Below are positions 28,825 to 37,128 of a stretch of 64,000 nucleotides of DNA, one piece after another. The translations under genes were made by a program, and so were the position numbers. Each line of letters begins with the position of its first letter. Within the stretch, counting starts at the first letter, position 1. Under the pieces are notes generated by a model that worked only from the letters and a program-made list of their open reading frames with translations, had not been told where the DNA came from and did not search any database. Source of the DNA: Candidatus Kutchimonas denitrificans (lineage in GTDB: Bacteria > Gemmatimonadota > Gemmatimonadetes > Palauibacterales > KS3-K002); assembly GCA_011774835.1 (NCBI GenBank), contig JAACAK010000049.1, forward strand, positions 14,114 to 78,113, given 5' to 3'.

Positions 28825-28853
28825 ATGACGGACTCGTAACGATAGTGTAACGG
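28825..28853 (-). promoter_or_regulatory. Candidate Pho box: three 7-nt direct repeats at exact 11-bp spacing upstream of pstS
   Basis: Minus strand reads CCGTTAC-acta-TCGTTAC-gagt-CCGTCAT. On the + strand the units start at 28825, 28836 and 28847. A -10-like TACGAT (28803-28808) lies 16 nt downstream. Confidence 0.5.
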
Positions 28854-29022
28854 ACGCCGCCTCGATCTTACCTGCCCCGACGGGCTGGAGCAAGAATCGA
28901 GAGCTTTCGCTGGCGAAGCCTCGACGCGTTGATCGGAACGCCCCGTCGTGGCACCTTAATGGACATCCCCATGGGCTGTGGGCTACTCCCAGTCGTGCCG
29001 GGCAACGAAACGAGAGTGTTAG

Positions 29023-29496
29023 GTGGCAAACCTGAGACAGGTTTTGCGCGAGATTCATGAACGATCGCTATGGCAGATCTTCGTCTTCTATATCATCCTG
29101 TCAACGGTGGTCTATGAGGTCAGCGTGGCCATCGCCAACCGCAGGGACCTGCCGGAAACGTTCTCCATCGGCGCCCTGGTCCTGATCATCATCGGCCTTC
29201 CGATCGTCATGACGACCGCCATCGTGCAGAACGGGATACCGGCGCTCGGGCGATCCGAGCCGACCGTCGTCCTCAAGGGTGAAGACGAGGAGGAAGGCGA
29301 TCTCGAGATCGAAGCGCGGCTCAGACGAAGCGGCGTCCAGCGCATCTTCACCTGGCGCAACGCCATAATGGGCGGCGTCGCCGCCTTTACGCTCTGGGCC
29401 CTGGCCGCGTTCGGTTGGCTGCTCCTGGCTGGCGACCTGGTCAAGGGCGCACAGGAATCCCAGAACCGCCCCCCGGCGGTCGAAGCCGAGCCGTAA
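29023..29496 (+). CDS. Hypothetical membrane protein (3 predicted TM helices, acidic loop)
   Basis: Track ORF with GTG start. Hydrophobic segments WQIFVFYIILSTVVYEV, IGALVLIIIGLPIVMTTAIV and GGVAAFTLWALAAFGWLLLAG. No family recognised. Confidence 0.5.
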   Translation: MANLRQVLREIHERSLWQIFVFYIILSTVVYEVSVAIANRRDLPETFSIGALVLIIIGLPIVMTTAIVQNGIPALGRSEPTVVLKGEDEEEGDLEIEARLRRSGVQRIFTWRNAIMGGVAAFTLWALAAFGWLLLAGDLVKGAQESQNRPPAVEAEP

Positions 29497-29574
29497 GCCG
29501 GGGTTGTGCACCACCAGGGCGGCCTGCAATATGCCGCCGTCGCCAGGCCACCGTAAACCGAGCCCCGGACCCGG

Positions 29575-31881
29575 ATGATCTTTCCCCTGCTCGCCATCGC
29601 GCTGTTTCTCACGACGACCTGGCCCGATGGACGGCCTGTCAGCGTGGAGCAGTTCTTCACCGTCCGACACATCGAAGCCGTCGAGCTGTCGCCCGACGGC
29701 CGTTCCGTCGCCTTCCTGACCCGTGAACCGGAGCCGGACGGCGGAGTGACCCGGGTTCTCTATTTGCATGAGTCGGGTCAGACGAGAGCACCGGCGCCAC
29801 GGTTCGGAGGGGTACGCTCGATCCGCTGGTCACCGGACGGCGAGTGGCTGGCCTTCCTGGCTCCGCCGCCCGGCGCGTCCGGCGACTCGCTGGCCGCCGT
29901 GTGGGCGGTTCCGCCGTTCGGCGGCGAGCCGATCCGGCTTTCCCCCGATACGGGTGCCGTGATCGACTACGACTGGGGGCCCGAGGCCTCGATGTACCTG
30001 CTGATCAGAGAACCCGGCGCCGAGGGTGCCGCTTTGTGGCACAACGAAGCGCTGGCCGCCGACTCGGCGGAACGCGTATGGGTGGGCGACCCGGGGATCC
30101 GCGAGATCGCCGTCAGCCCGAACGGACGCGCGATCGTTTACAGCAGCAACGGGAGCGGCGCAACGAGCGATGCCCTCGACTATGACCTATGGCTGCTCGA
30201 TCTCCCGTCGCTGAATCCACGTCGCCTGACGAGCCGTGCCGGCCCCGAGGTGGCCCCGGTCTGGTCGCCTGATGGTGAGTCGGTCGTTTTTCGCGCGCTC
30301 CAGGAGCCGCGGCTCATCGATTCGCAGACCGAGATCTTCATCGTGGCCACCGCCAGCGGTGCGCTTCGTAATCTGACCGAGGCTTTCGATCGCTCCGTGC
30401 TCGAGCATCGCTGGCCGACGGCCGGCGATCTCTTGTTCAGGGCAGCGGTCGGAACCTATACGCACCTCTTCGTCTGGCGGAGCAGCGGCGCCGTCGAGTT
30501 GCTTCGGGGCGGCCCGTTCAACTACGGCCCGTTCGACACCGACGCGGTGGGCTCGACGATCTACGCGGGGCGCGAGTCGGCGGACGCGGTACCGGAGCTG
30601 TGGCGCCTCCGGGGGTCGGACGCCGAGCGGCTCTCGCAGATCAATTCGGCCGCCGACGAATGGACGCTCGCCCGCCAGGCGGTCATCGAGTGGACCTCCA
30701 CCGATGGCCTAGCCATCGAGGGCCTGCTCGTCTTTCCCGCCGACTTCGTGGAGGGTCGGCGTTATCCGTTGGTCGCCATCCCCAGCGGCGGCCCTGGCGC
30801 CCGATTCCGTAACGTTGTTGCGGAACCCAATGGCTCGCAGCTGTTCGCGACCCAGGGGTACGCGGTGCTGATGCCGAACGCCCGGGGCAGTCTCGGCTAC
30901 GGCGAAGGCTTCCTCACCATGCCGCGAGCCGATCTGGCCGGCGGCGAGCTGGTCGATCTCCTGGCCGGGATCGATTACCTGGTCGAGCTCGGGATCGCCG
31001 ATTCGACGCGGCTCGCCGTGCTCGGTGACGGCTACGGCGGTTACGCAACGATGCGAGCGGTGACACGGACGGCCCGCTTTCGGGCAGCGGTAGCCAGCTT
31101 CGGCCTGGCGGAAACCGGCGGTTACGTCCACAACGCCGCCGCCGGCGTTCCTCCCGCGGTACAGGCGGCCGCCGCCCTCGAGGGCCAGAGCTATGTGAGC
31201 TCGCCGCCGCGTTCGGCGCAGCGCGTTTCCACACCGCTCCTCTTCATCGAGGCGCCCGCCGCGGCGGGGACGCTGCTCGAGCGCGCGCGCCAGATGCATC
31301 GATCGCTCGCCGACATGGGGCGCCCCACAGGTTACATCGATCTGGAAGCCGGATCGACCGCCGGTGCGCATCTTGGCGTGGACGCGTTCTTCGCGCGGCT
31401 GCGCTGGGTCGACCGATACGTCCGACTGGACGGGGCCGATGCCTTCCGCTTCTATCGACCCGAGGAATGGGCGCCGGGGCCGGCCGGCTGGCAGCTGCAA
31501 GTCACCGCGCTGGAAACCCGGACCAGCTATACGGGAGTCGCGCCGACCCGAGGACGCTACCTTGAAGTCGCCATCGACTTCCGAGTCGACCCGGATTCCC
31601 AGGGTCGACCCGCCCGCCCTCTGCGGATCGATCCGCTGAGCGCGATCGCGTTGCTGGAACCCGATGGCGAGCAGCTCTCGGCGGCCGGCATCGTGACCGA
31701 AGTCTTCGGGCGCGTGACACTTTCGAGCGACAGCGCCGTGGTCGTCCCGCTCCAACCCGCACGCGGCGCGGACGCCGCCGCGATCAAGCTGGCGTTCGAC
31801 ATCCCCACGGGACCCGCCCAATACCGTCTTCGCGTGGCCGGATTCGCTCCGGTGCGCATCTGGATAGGACAGGAGCGATAA
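29575..31881 (+). CDS. S9 (prolyl oligopeptidase/DPP)-family homologue with TolB-like propeller, degenerate catalytic triad and an extra C-terminal domain
   Basis: Propeller blades (SPDG..VAF, WSPDGEWLAF, WSPDGESVVF). Alpha/beta-hydrolase part NARGSLGYGEGF, but the nucleophile elbow reads GDGYGG instead of GGSYGG. Confidence 0.8.
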   Translation: MIFPLLAIALFLTTTWPDGRPVSVEQFFTVRHIEAVELSPDGRSVAFLTREPEPDGGVTRVLYLHESGQTRAPAPRFGGVRSIRWSPDGEWLAFLAPPPGASGDSLAAVWAVPPFGGEPIRLSPDTGAVIDYDWGPEASMYLLIREPGAEGAALWHNEALAADSAERVWVGDPGIREIAVSPNGRAIVYSSNGSGATSDALDYDLWLLDLPSLNPRRLTSRAGPEVAPVWSPDGESVVFRALQEPRLIDSQTEIFIVATASGALRNLTEAFDRSVLEHRWPTAGDLLFRAAVGTYTHLFVWRSSGAVELLRGGPFNYGPFDTDAVGSTIYAGRESADAVPELWRLRGSDAERLSQINSAADEWTLARQAVIEWTSTDGLAIEGLLVFPADFVEGRRYPLVAIPSGGPGARFRNVVAEPNGSQLFATQGYAVLMPNARGSLGYGEGFLTMPRADLAGGELVDLLAGIDYLVELGIADSTRLAVLGDGYGGYATMRAVTRTARFRAAVASFGLAETGGYVHNAAAGVPPAVQAAAALEGQSYVSSPPRSAQRVSTPLLFIEAPAAAGTLLERARQMHRSLADMGRPTGYIDLEAGSTAGAHLGVDAFFARLRWVDRYVRLDGADAFRFYRPEEWAPGPAGWQLQVTALETRTSYTGVAPTRGRYLEVAIDFRVDPDSQGRPARPLRIDPLSAIALLEPDGEQLSAAGIVTEVFGRVTLSSDSAVVVPLQPARGADAAAIKLAFDIPTGPAQYRLRVAGFAPVRIWIGQER

Positions 31882-31886
31882 TCGCC

Positions 31887-33482
31887 TTGAAGCTATCACG
31901 GAGCAGGATCACGATACTGATTCTGGCGGGGTTCATCGTCGCCGCTCTCGCTCTGCTCCCACTCTATCCTGAGCAGGGCAGCGACGTCCTCCAATTCATC
32001 CTCCAGTTCATCCAGAAGCAGAACGGGCATTACGGCTTCTGGTCGGTCATGCCGCCGGCCGTGGCGATCATCCTCGCGTTCCTGACCCGCGAGGTGATCA
32101 GCTCTCTGTTCATCGGCATCGCCCTGGGCGGCGTGATCAGCGGCGACCTGAACATCGTGACCGGTTTCCTGATCCCGTCGATCGGCAGCGAGAGCTACGC
32201 GCTCATCCTGCTGGTGTACCTCTGGTCGCTGGGCGGCCTGATCGGCCTATGGACGCGAACCGGCGGCGCCCAGACCTTCGCTCTCTGGGCCGGCCGTCTC
32301 ATCGTGGTCGGCCCCCGGTCCGCGAAGTTCTTCGCCTGGCTGATGGGCATCATCTTCCACCAGGGCGGAACGATCAGCACCGTGCTCACCGGCACCACGG
32401 TGCGTCCCATCTGCGACCGTCACCGCATCTCCCACGAGGAGACGTCGTATATCGTCGACTCCACCGCCTCGCCCGCCGCCACTCTGATACCGTTCAACGT
32501 CTGGCCCATCTACGTGGGCGGCCTGGTGGTCGGCACCGTTCCGTTCCTGGGCACCACGTCGGAGGCGATCGGGTACTTCTTCAAGGCGCTCCCGTTCAAC
32601 TTCTACGCCTGGTTCGCCATCATCTTCACCCTGCTCTTCTCCCTCGAACTGCTCCCGTTCATGCCGGGCCGGCTGTGGGGTCACGTGCCGCTGGTCGTCG
32701 GTCGCAAGATGTCGAACGCGATTCGCCGCGCCCGCGCCACCGGCGAGCTGGATCGAGAGGACGCCAGCCCACTCACCTCGAAGGAGCTGACCGAGGTCCG
32801 CGTCGCGCCCGATTACAACGCCGGACTGATCGATTTCTTCGGGCCGATGGGCACGCTGCTCGGCGTTGCGATCATCCCGTACCTGTACACCTTCTTCGTC
32901 CTGCGCTCCGATCAGCCGACCCTGCTCATCGCCGAGGCCTTTGTCCTGGCTGTGCTGGCCGGCATGGCCATCGCGCTCTGGAAGGGAATGTCGCTCGAGG
33001 CGACGATCGGCGCCTTCGTCGATGGCTGCAAAGGCGTCACCATCGGCGCCATCGTCCTCGCTCTCGCCGTCACCCTGAAGAGCGTCGCCGACGCCGTCGG
33101 AACGGCCGCCTATATCGTGGAGGTCAGCTCAGGCTTCCTGACGCCGGTGATCGTCCCAGCCGCCTTCCTGCTGCTTTGCATGCTCATCGCCTTCTCCACC
33201 GGCACCTCCTGGGGCACCTACGCCGTCGTCTTCCCCGTCGCCATGCCCCTCGCCTACTCGGTCAGCCAGGACCCTTTCTTCCTGCTCCTCTGCTTCGGGG
33301 CCGTGACCGGCGGCAGCGTGTTCGGCGATCAGTGCTCTCCGATCTCCGACACCACCATCCTCTCATCGCTGGCCACCGGCGCCGACCTGATGGATCACGT
33401 CTATACCCAGATACCACTGGCCCTCACCGCAGCGGGACTGGGGGCGGTCGTGTACACGCTCCTGGCCGCCTTCGCCGTGTGA
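31887..33482 (+). CDS. Na+/H+ antiporter NhaC-family membrane transporter
   Basis: 531 aa, about 12 TM. N-terminal ..GFWSVMPPAVAIILAFLTREVISSLFIGIALGG and C-terminal ..GDQCSPISDTTILSS are typical of NhaC-family proteins. TTG start. Confidence 0.8.
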   Translation: MKLSRSRITILILAGFIVAALALLPLYPEQGSDVLQFILQFIQKQNGHYGFWSVMPPAVAIILAFLTREVISSLFIGIALGGVISGDLNIVTGFLIPSIGSESYALILLVYLWSLGGLIGLWTRTGGAQTFALWAGRLIVVGPRSAKFFAWLMGIIFHQGGTISTVLTGTTVRPICDRHRISHEETSYIVDSTASPAATLIPFNVWPIYVGGLVVGTVPFLGTTSEAIGYFFKALPFNFYAWFAIIFTLLFSLELLPFMPGRLWGHVPLVVGRKMSNAIRRARATGELDREDASPLTSKELTEVRVAPDYNAGLIDFFGPMGTLLGVAIIPYLYTFFVLRSDQPTLLIAEAFVLAVLAGMAIALWKGMSLEATIGAFVDGCKGVTIGAIVLALAVTLKSVADAVGTAAYIVEVSSGFLTPVIVPAAFLLLCMLIAFSTGTSWGTYAVVFPVAMPLAYSVSQDPFFLLLCFGAVTGGSVFGDQCSPISDTTILSSLATGADLMDHVYTQIPLALTAAGLGAVVYTLLAAFAV

Positions 33483-33800
33483 GGGGAATCTGCAATCCCG
33501 AGTTCGGGGATTTCAGTTCGGGGAATCGCAACTCGGAGTTCACAGCTGGGGATTCTGAGGTCGGGATTCTGATTTGGGGAAGACCGAGTTCTCCCCGAAT
33601 TGCTGAAGTGGATTCGGGGATTCGGGGGTTCGGGGATTCGGGCAACTACGAAGTGATGCCATAGCGGTGCGGCTCGCTGATGCTTTCCTACCTCCCCGAA
33701 TTACCGAATCCCCGAATCCCCGAGTCAGCTTCGACAATTCGGAGAGAACTGGAACTTCCCCAAGTTGGAATCCCGATATCCGACTTCAATATTCCCAAGA
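33483..33800 (+). repeat. Intergenic repeat region: ~14-nt and 8-nt GGGGATTC-type tandem arrays, an inverted GGGGATTC/GAATCCCC pair, and copy B of the conserved-core element
   Basis: Read directly. 33500-33585: agttcggggatttc-like units. 33611-33643: GGGGATTC-GGGGGTTC-GGGGATTC, facing 33695-33724 CCGAATCC-CCGAATCC-CCGAG. Core at 33729-33747. Confidence 0.8.
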
Positions 33801-33886
33801 CCAACCGACTGTCGAGTCTCGTCGTTGTACTGTATTCTTGAAACGTTCGCTAACGACCGCGATCAAACCGTCTCCGGGGGTGTCCG

Positions 33887-34750
33887 ATGGCCCGGCCGTA
33901 CCTGCTTTTCGTGCTCTTACTCGCCGTCTCGTTCGGCTCGATCCCCGCGGCTCGGCCGGCTGGCGCCCAGCAGGCAGAACACGAGACGATCCGCATCGAC
34001 GACGGCGTGTACATGTTTCGGTACCGATCACACAATTCGATGTTCATCGTCACCGGTGAGGGCGTGATCGCCTTCGATCCGATATCGGTCGAGGCGGCCC
34101 GTCTGTACAAAGAGGAGATCGCCAGGATCACATCACAGCCGGTCCGACTCATCGTCTACAGTCACCACCACGCCGACCACATCACCGGCGCGGCAGAGCT
34201 CGCGTCCGGCGTGCCGATCGTCGCCCACGAGATATGCTACGAGCGACTCGCGGCCGAGCCGAGCCCGGACATTCTATTGCCCACCCGCACCTTCACCGAC
34301 CGCATGACGCTGCACATGGGAGGCAAGGTGGTTCGGTTCCTCTACCTGGGACGCAATCACAGCGACAATTCGATCGTCGCGCATCTCCCGGATCAGGGCC
34401 TCATCTTCGCCGTCGATTTCGTCGCCAACGATCGGGTGGCTTACCGCGACCTGCCTGGATTCTACCTACCTGACCTCTGGCTCTCGCTCGAACGGCTCCA
34501 GCAAATCGACTACCACACGGCGGTCTTCGGACACGGCGAGCCAGGCGGCAAGTCCGACGTCTACGAGCAGATCGCCTACTGGACGGACCTGCGCCGCGTG
34601 GTCGAGTCGCTGATCCGAGCCGGATTGTCGGAAGACGAGGCGGTGGAGGCGATCGAGCTTCCCGCCTACGAGGATTGGGGCGGTTACGACGAGTGGTTCA
34701 AGATGAACGCCCGCGTCGTCTACCGATACTACGCGGACCGACGACAATAG
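33887..34750 (+). CDS. Secreted MBL-fold metallo-hydrolase
   Basis: Signal peptide MARPYLLFVLLLAVSFGSIPAARPAGAQQ. Metal motif YSHHHADHITG, and a later GHGEPG. Confidence 0.85.
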   Translation: MARPYLLFVLLLAVSFGSIPAARPAGAQQAEHETIRIDDGVYMFRYRSHNSMFIVTGEGVIAFDPISVEAARLYKEEIARITSQPVRLIVYSHHHADHITGAAELASGVPIVAHEICYERLAAEPSPDILLPTRTFTDRMTLHMGGKVVRFLYLGRNHSDNSIVAHLPDQGLIFAVDFVANDRVAYRDLPGFYLPDLWLSLERLQQIDYHTAVFGHGEPGGKSDVYEQIAYWTDLRRVVESLIRAGLSEDEAVEAIELPAYEDWGGYDEWFKMNARVVYRYYADRRQ

Positions 34751-34761
34751 TGACATGACAG

Positions 34762-35832
34762 ATGGCGCACGTCACGCTGCGTGAGCTGACCAAGCAATTC
34801 GAGGATACCGTCGCCGTCGCCGACCTCGACCTCGAGATCGGCGACGGCGAGTTCGTGGTGCTGGTCGGGCCGTCGGGCTCCGGCAAGACCACCGCGCTCC
34901 GCCTGGTCGCCGGGCTGGAGCGGCCGACCCGGGGCTCGATCCGGATCGGTGATCGCGACGTCACCGAGGTACCGCCCCGGGACCGCGACATCGCCATGGT
35001 GTTCCAGAACTACGCGCTCTACCCGCACATGAGCGTGTACGAGAACATGGCGTTCGGCCTTCAGGTTCGTCGCTTCCGCAAGCGCGACATCGACGCCCGG
35101 GTGCGCGAGGCCGCTGACATCCTCGGCATCACGAACCTTTTGGGCCGCAAGCCCGGCCAGCTGTCCGGCGGCCAGCGACAGCGCACGGCGCTCGGCCGCT
35201 CGATCGTCCGCCAGCCCGAGGTCTTCCTGTTCGACGAGCCGCTATCCAACCTGGACGCCGGTCTCCGTGTCGGCATGCGGGCCGAGCTGTCGCAGCTGCA
35301 TCGCCGACTCCAGGCCACGATCCTTTACGTCACCCACGATCAGGTGGAAGCGATGACGATGGGCGAGCGGATAGCGATCATGAACGAGGGGCGGCTGCAG
35401 CAGTGCGCCGAGCCGCTGGAGGTGTATCGACGGCCCGCCAACCGATTCGTCGCCAGCTTCATCGGCTCGCCGGCGATGAACTTCTTTTCTGGGACCCTCG
35501 AGGAAGCGGACGGTCGCTGGCTGTTCAAGGGCGAGTCGTTCCAGCTCGCGTTGAACGCCGCGGGTCGACCGGCGACGGCCGAAGCCACGCTGGGCGTCCG
35601 GCCGGAAGATCTCGCGCTGGGTGACCACGGGGCGTTCAGCGCGCTGGTCCGGGTCGTGGAACCGATCGGCAGCGAAAAATACGTGCACCTGGAGACGCCC
35701 GATCGCGCCCGGGTCGTCGCCCGAGTAACGGCCGATCGCAGCGTGGCCGTGGACGAGCGGGTCTGCGTCGATATCCCGGCGGCCCGGGCGCATCTGTTCC
35801 GAGAAGACACAGGCGAGCGCATCGGGCCATGA
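34762..35832 (+). CDS. Sugar ABC transporter ATP-binding protein (MalK/UgpC/MsiK type)
   Basis: GPSGSGKTT, LSGGQRQRTALGRSIV, FLFDEPLSNLD. The C-terminal regulatory/TOBE-like domain is present. Confidence 0.92.
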   Translation: MAHVTLRELTKQFEDTVAVADLDLEIGDGEFVVLVGPSGSGKTTALRLVAGLERPTRGSIRIGDRDVTEVPPRDRDIAMVFQNYALYPHMSVYENMAFGLQVRRFRKRDIDARVREAADILGITNLLGRKPGQLSGGQRQRTALGRSIVRQPEVFLFDEPLSNLDAGLRVGMRAELSQLHRRLQATILYVTHDQVEAMTMGERIAIMNEGRLQQCAEPLEVYRRPANRFVASFIGSPAMNFFSGTLEEADGRWLFKGESFQLALNAAGRPATAEATLGVRPEDLALGDHGAFSALVRVVEPIGSEKYVHLETPDRARVVARVTADRSVAVDERVCVDIPAARAHLFREDTGERIGP

Positions 35833-37118
35833 CGGCGTGGCGGACCCTGGTCACGTTCACGCTGGTCGCCAGTGCCTGCGCGGAGGGCACTGACGAGCGT
35901 ACGGTTCTGCGGGTCATGGCGTGGGCGGGTCCGGACGAGCGGGCGATCGAGCAGCGCATACTCGATCGATTCAGCGAGGCGCGGCCGGGGATCGAGATCG
36001 AGTTCGAGTCGATCTCCGCCAACTACCGCGAACGTCTGCTGACCTCGATCGTCGCCGGCACACCACCCGATGTGGCCCTCCTCGACAACGGCTCGTTCGG
36101 CGCCGCCCCTTTCATCGCCCGCGATCTGCTGGTCAACGTCGCGGCCTACCTGGATCGAGTGGGTGTCGATACGTCGGCCTACTACTCCGAGGTGCTCGAC
36201 ATCTTTCGCCGACCCGCAGGCCTCTACGCATTTCCGAAGGACTTCAACCCGATCGTCGTCTACCTCAACGTCGGCCTGTTCGAGCGGGCCAGCGTTCCGC
36301 TACCCGATTGGGACTGGACATGGCAGGACTTCGAGCGGATCGCCGTCCGATTGACCCGCGACACCGACGGCGACGGCCGCAACGAGAGCTGGGGTACCCT
36401 GGTGCGCCGCAACTTTTATCTCTGGCAGCCGTGGGTGTGGGCGGCGGGCGGCGACGTCCTGGGACCGGAAGGCCGGCAGGCCACCGGGTACCTCAACAGC
36501 CCGGAGACCGAGACGGCGATCCGGTTCCTGACCGACCTGGTGACCGAACATCGCGTGGTCCCCAGCGTCGATGTCCGTCGGCAGTCGACGGGGCTGGAGC
36601 GCAACTTCTTCCTTACAGGTCGGATCGGGATGATCTGGAGCGGTCACTGGTGGCTGCCGAGGATTCGGCGCTACATCGAGGAGGGCCGCGTCCGGGTGGC
36701 CGTATTGCCTCTGCCCCGTTACGACGGGCGCGATCCCGTGACCGTGATCTACGCCGCAGGCTGGGCCGTACCGCACAACACGCGGCACAAGAAGCTGGCC
36801 GTCGAGCTGGCCGCCCATCTCTCTTCGGCCCAATCGCAGCGCGAGCGGGCCGAGTACGGGTTGGCCATCCCGTCGATCAGGGCGGTACACGACAGCATCG
36901 CGGCGGCCGATCCGTACGGCCTCGAGCAGGCGTTCCTTCAGGCCACCCGGCACGGTCGCATGTCGTGGGGCTCGACGGTGGAGGAATGGGCCCACGTCGA
37001 GGTGCAGCTGCCCGACATCTTCGATCGGGTGATCTTCGAGGACGAGCCGATTCACCGGGTGACCACCGACATCGCCGAACGCATCGACCGCATCCTGGCG
37101 GCTCGAGGCACCCGCTGA
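35829..37118 (+). CDS. Extracellular solute-binding protein (family 1, carbohydrate type) lipoprotein
   Basis: The start overlaps the ATPase stop. Lipobox-like TLVASAC. Overall SBP_bac_1-like sequence (..ERLLTSIVAGTPPDVALLDNG.., ..FPKDFNPIVVYLN..). Confidence 0.82.
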   Translation: MTAWRTLVTFTLVASACAEGTDERTVLRVMAWAGPDERAIEQRILDRFSEARPGIEIEFESISANYRERLLTSIVAGTPPDVALLDNGSFGAAPFIARDLLVNVAAYLDRVGVDTSAYYSEVLDIFRRPAGLYAFPKDFNPIVVYLNVGLFERASVPLPDWDWTWQDFERIAVRLTRDTDGDGRNESWGTLVRRNFYLWQPWVWAAGGDVLGPEGRQATGYLNSPETETAIRFLTDLVTEHRVVPSVDVRRQSTGLERNFFLTGRIGMIWSGHWWLPRIRRYIEEGRVRVAVLPLPRYDGRDPVTVIYAAGWAVPHNTRHKKLAVELAAHLSSAQSQRERAEYGLAIPSIRAVHDSIAAADPYGLEQAFLQATRHGRMSWGSTVEEWAHVEVQLPDIFDRVIFEDEPIHRVTTDIAERIDRILAARGTR

Positions 37119-37128
37119 GGTTCCTCCC

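Noticed and set aside
28949-28966. TGGCAC hexamer upstream of the 29023 membrane-protein gene, as a sigma-54 promoter.
   Set aside because: The -12 position reads TGGA, with no GC 10 nt after the GG, so it does not fit the GG-N10-GC rule.
33483-33800. Possible CRISPR array, because of many short repeats.
   Set aside because: The repeat period is only 7-14 nt. The units are degenerate and contiguous with no unique spacers of 25-40 nt, and no cas genes are nearby.
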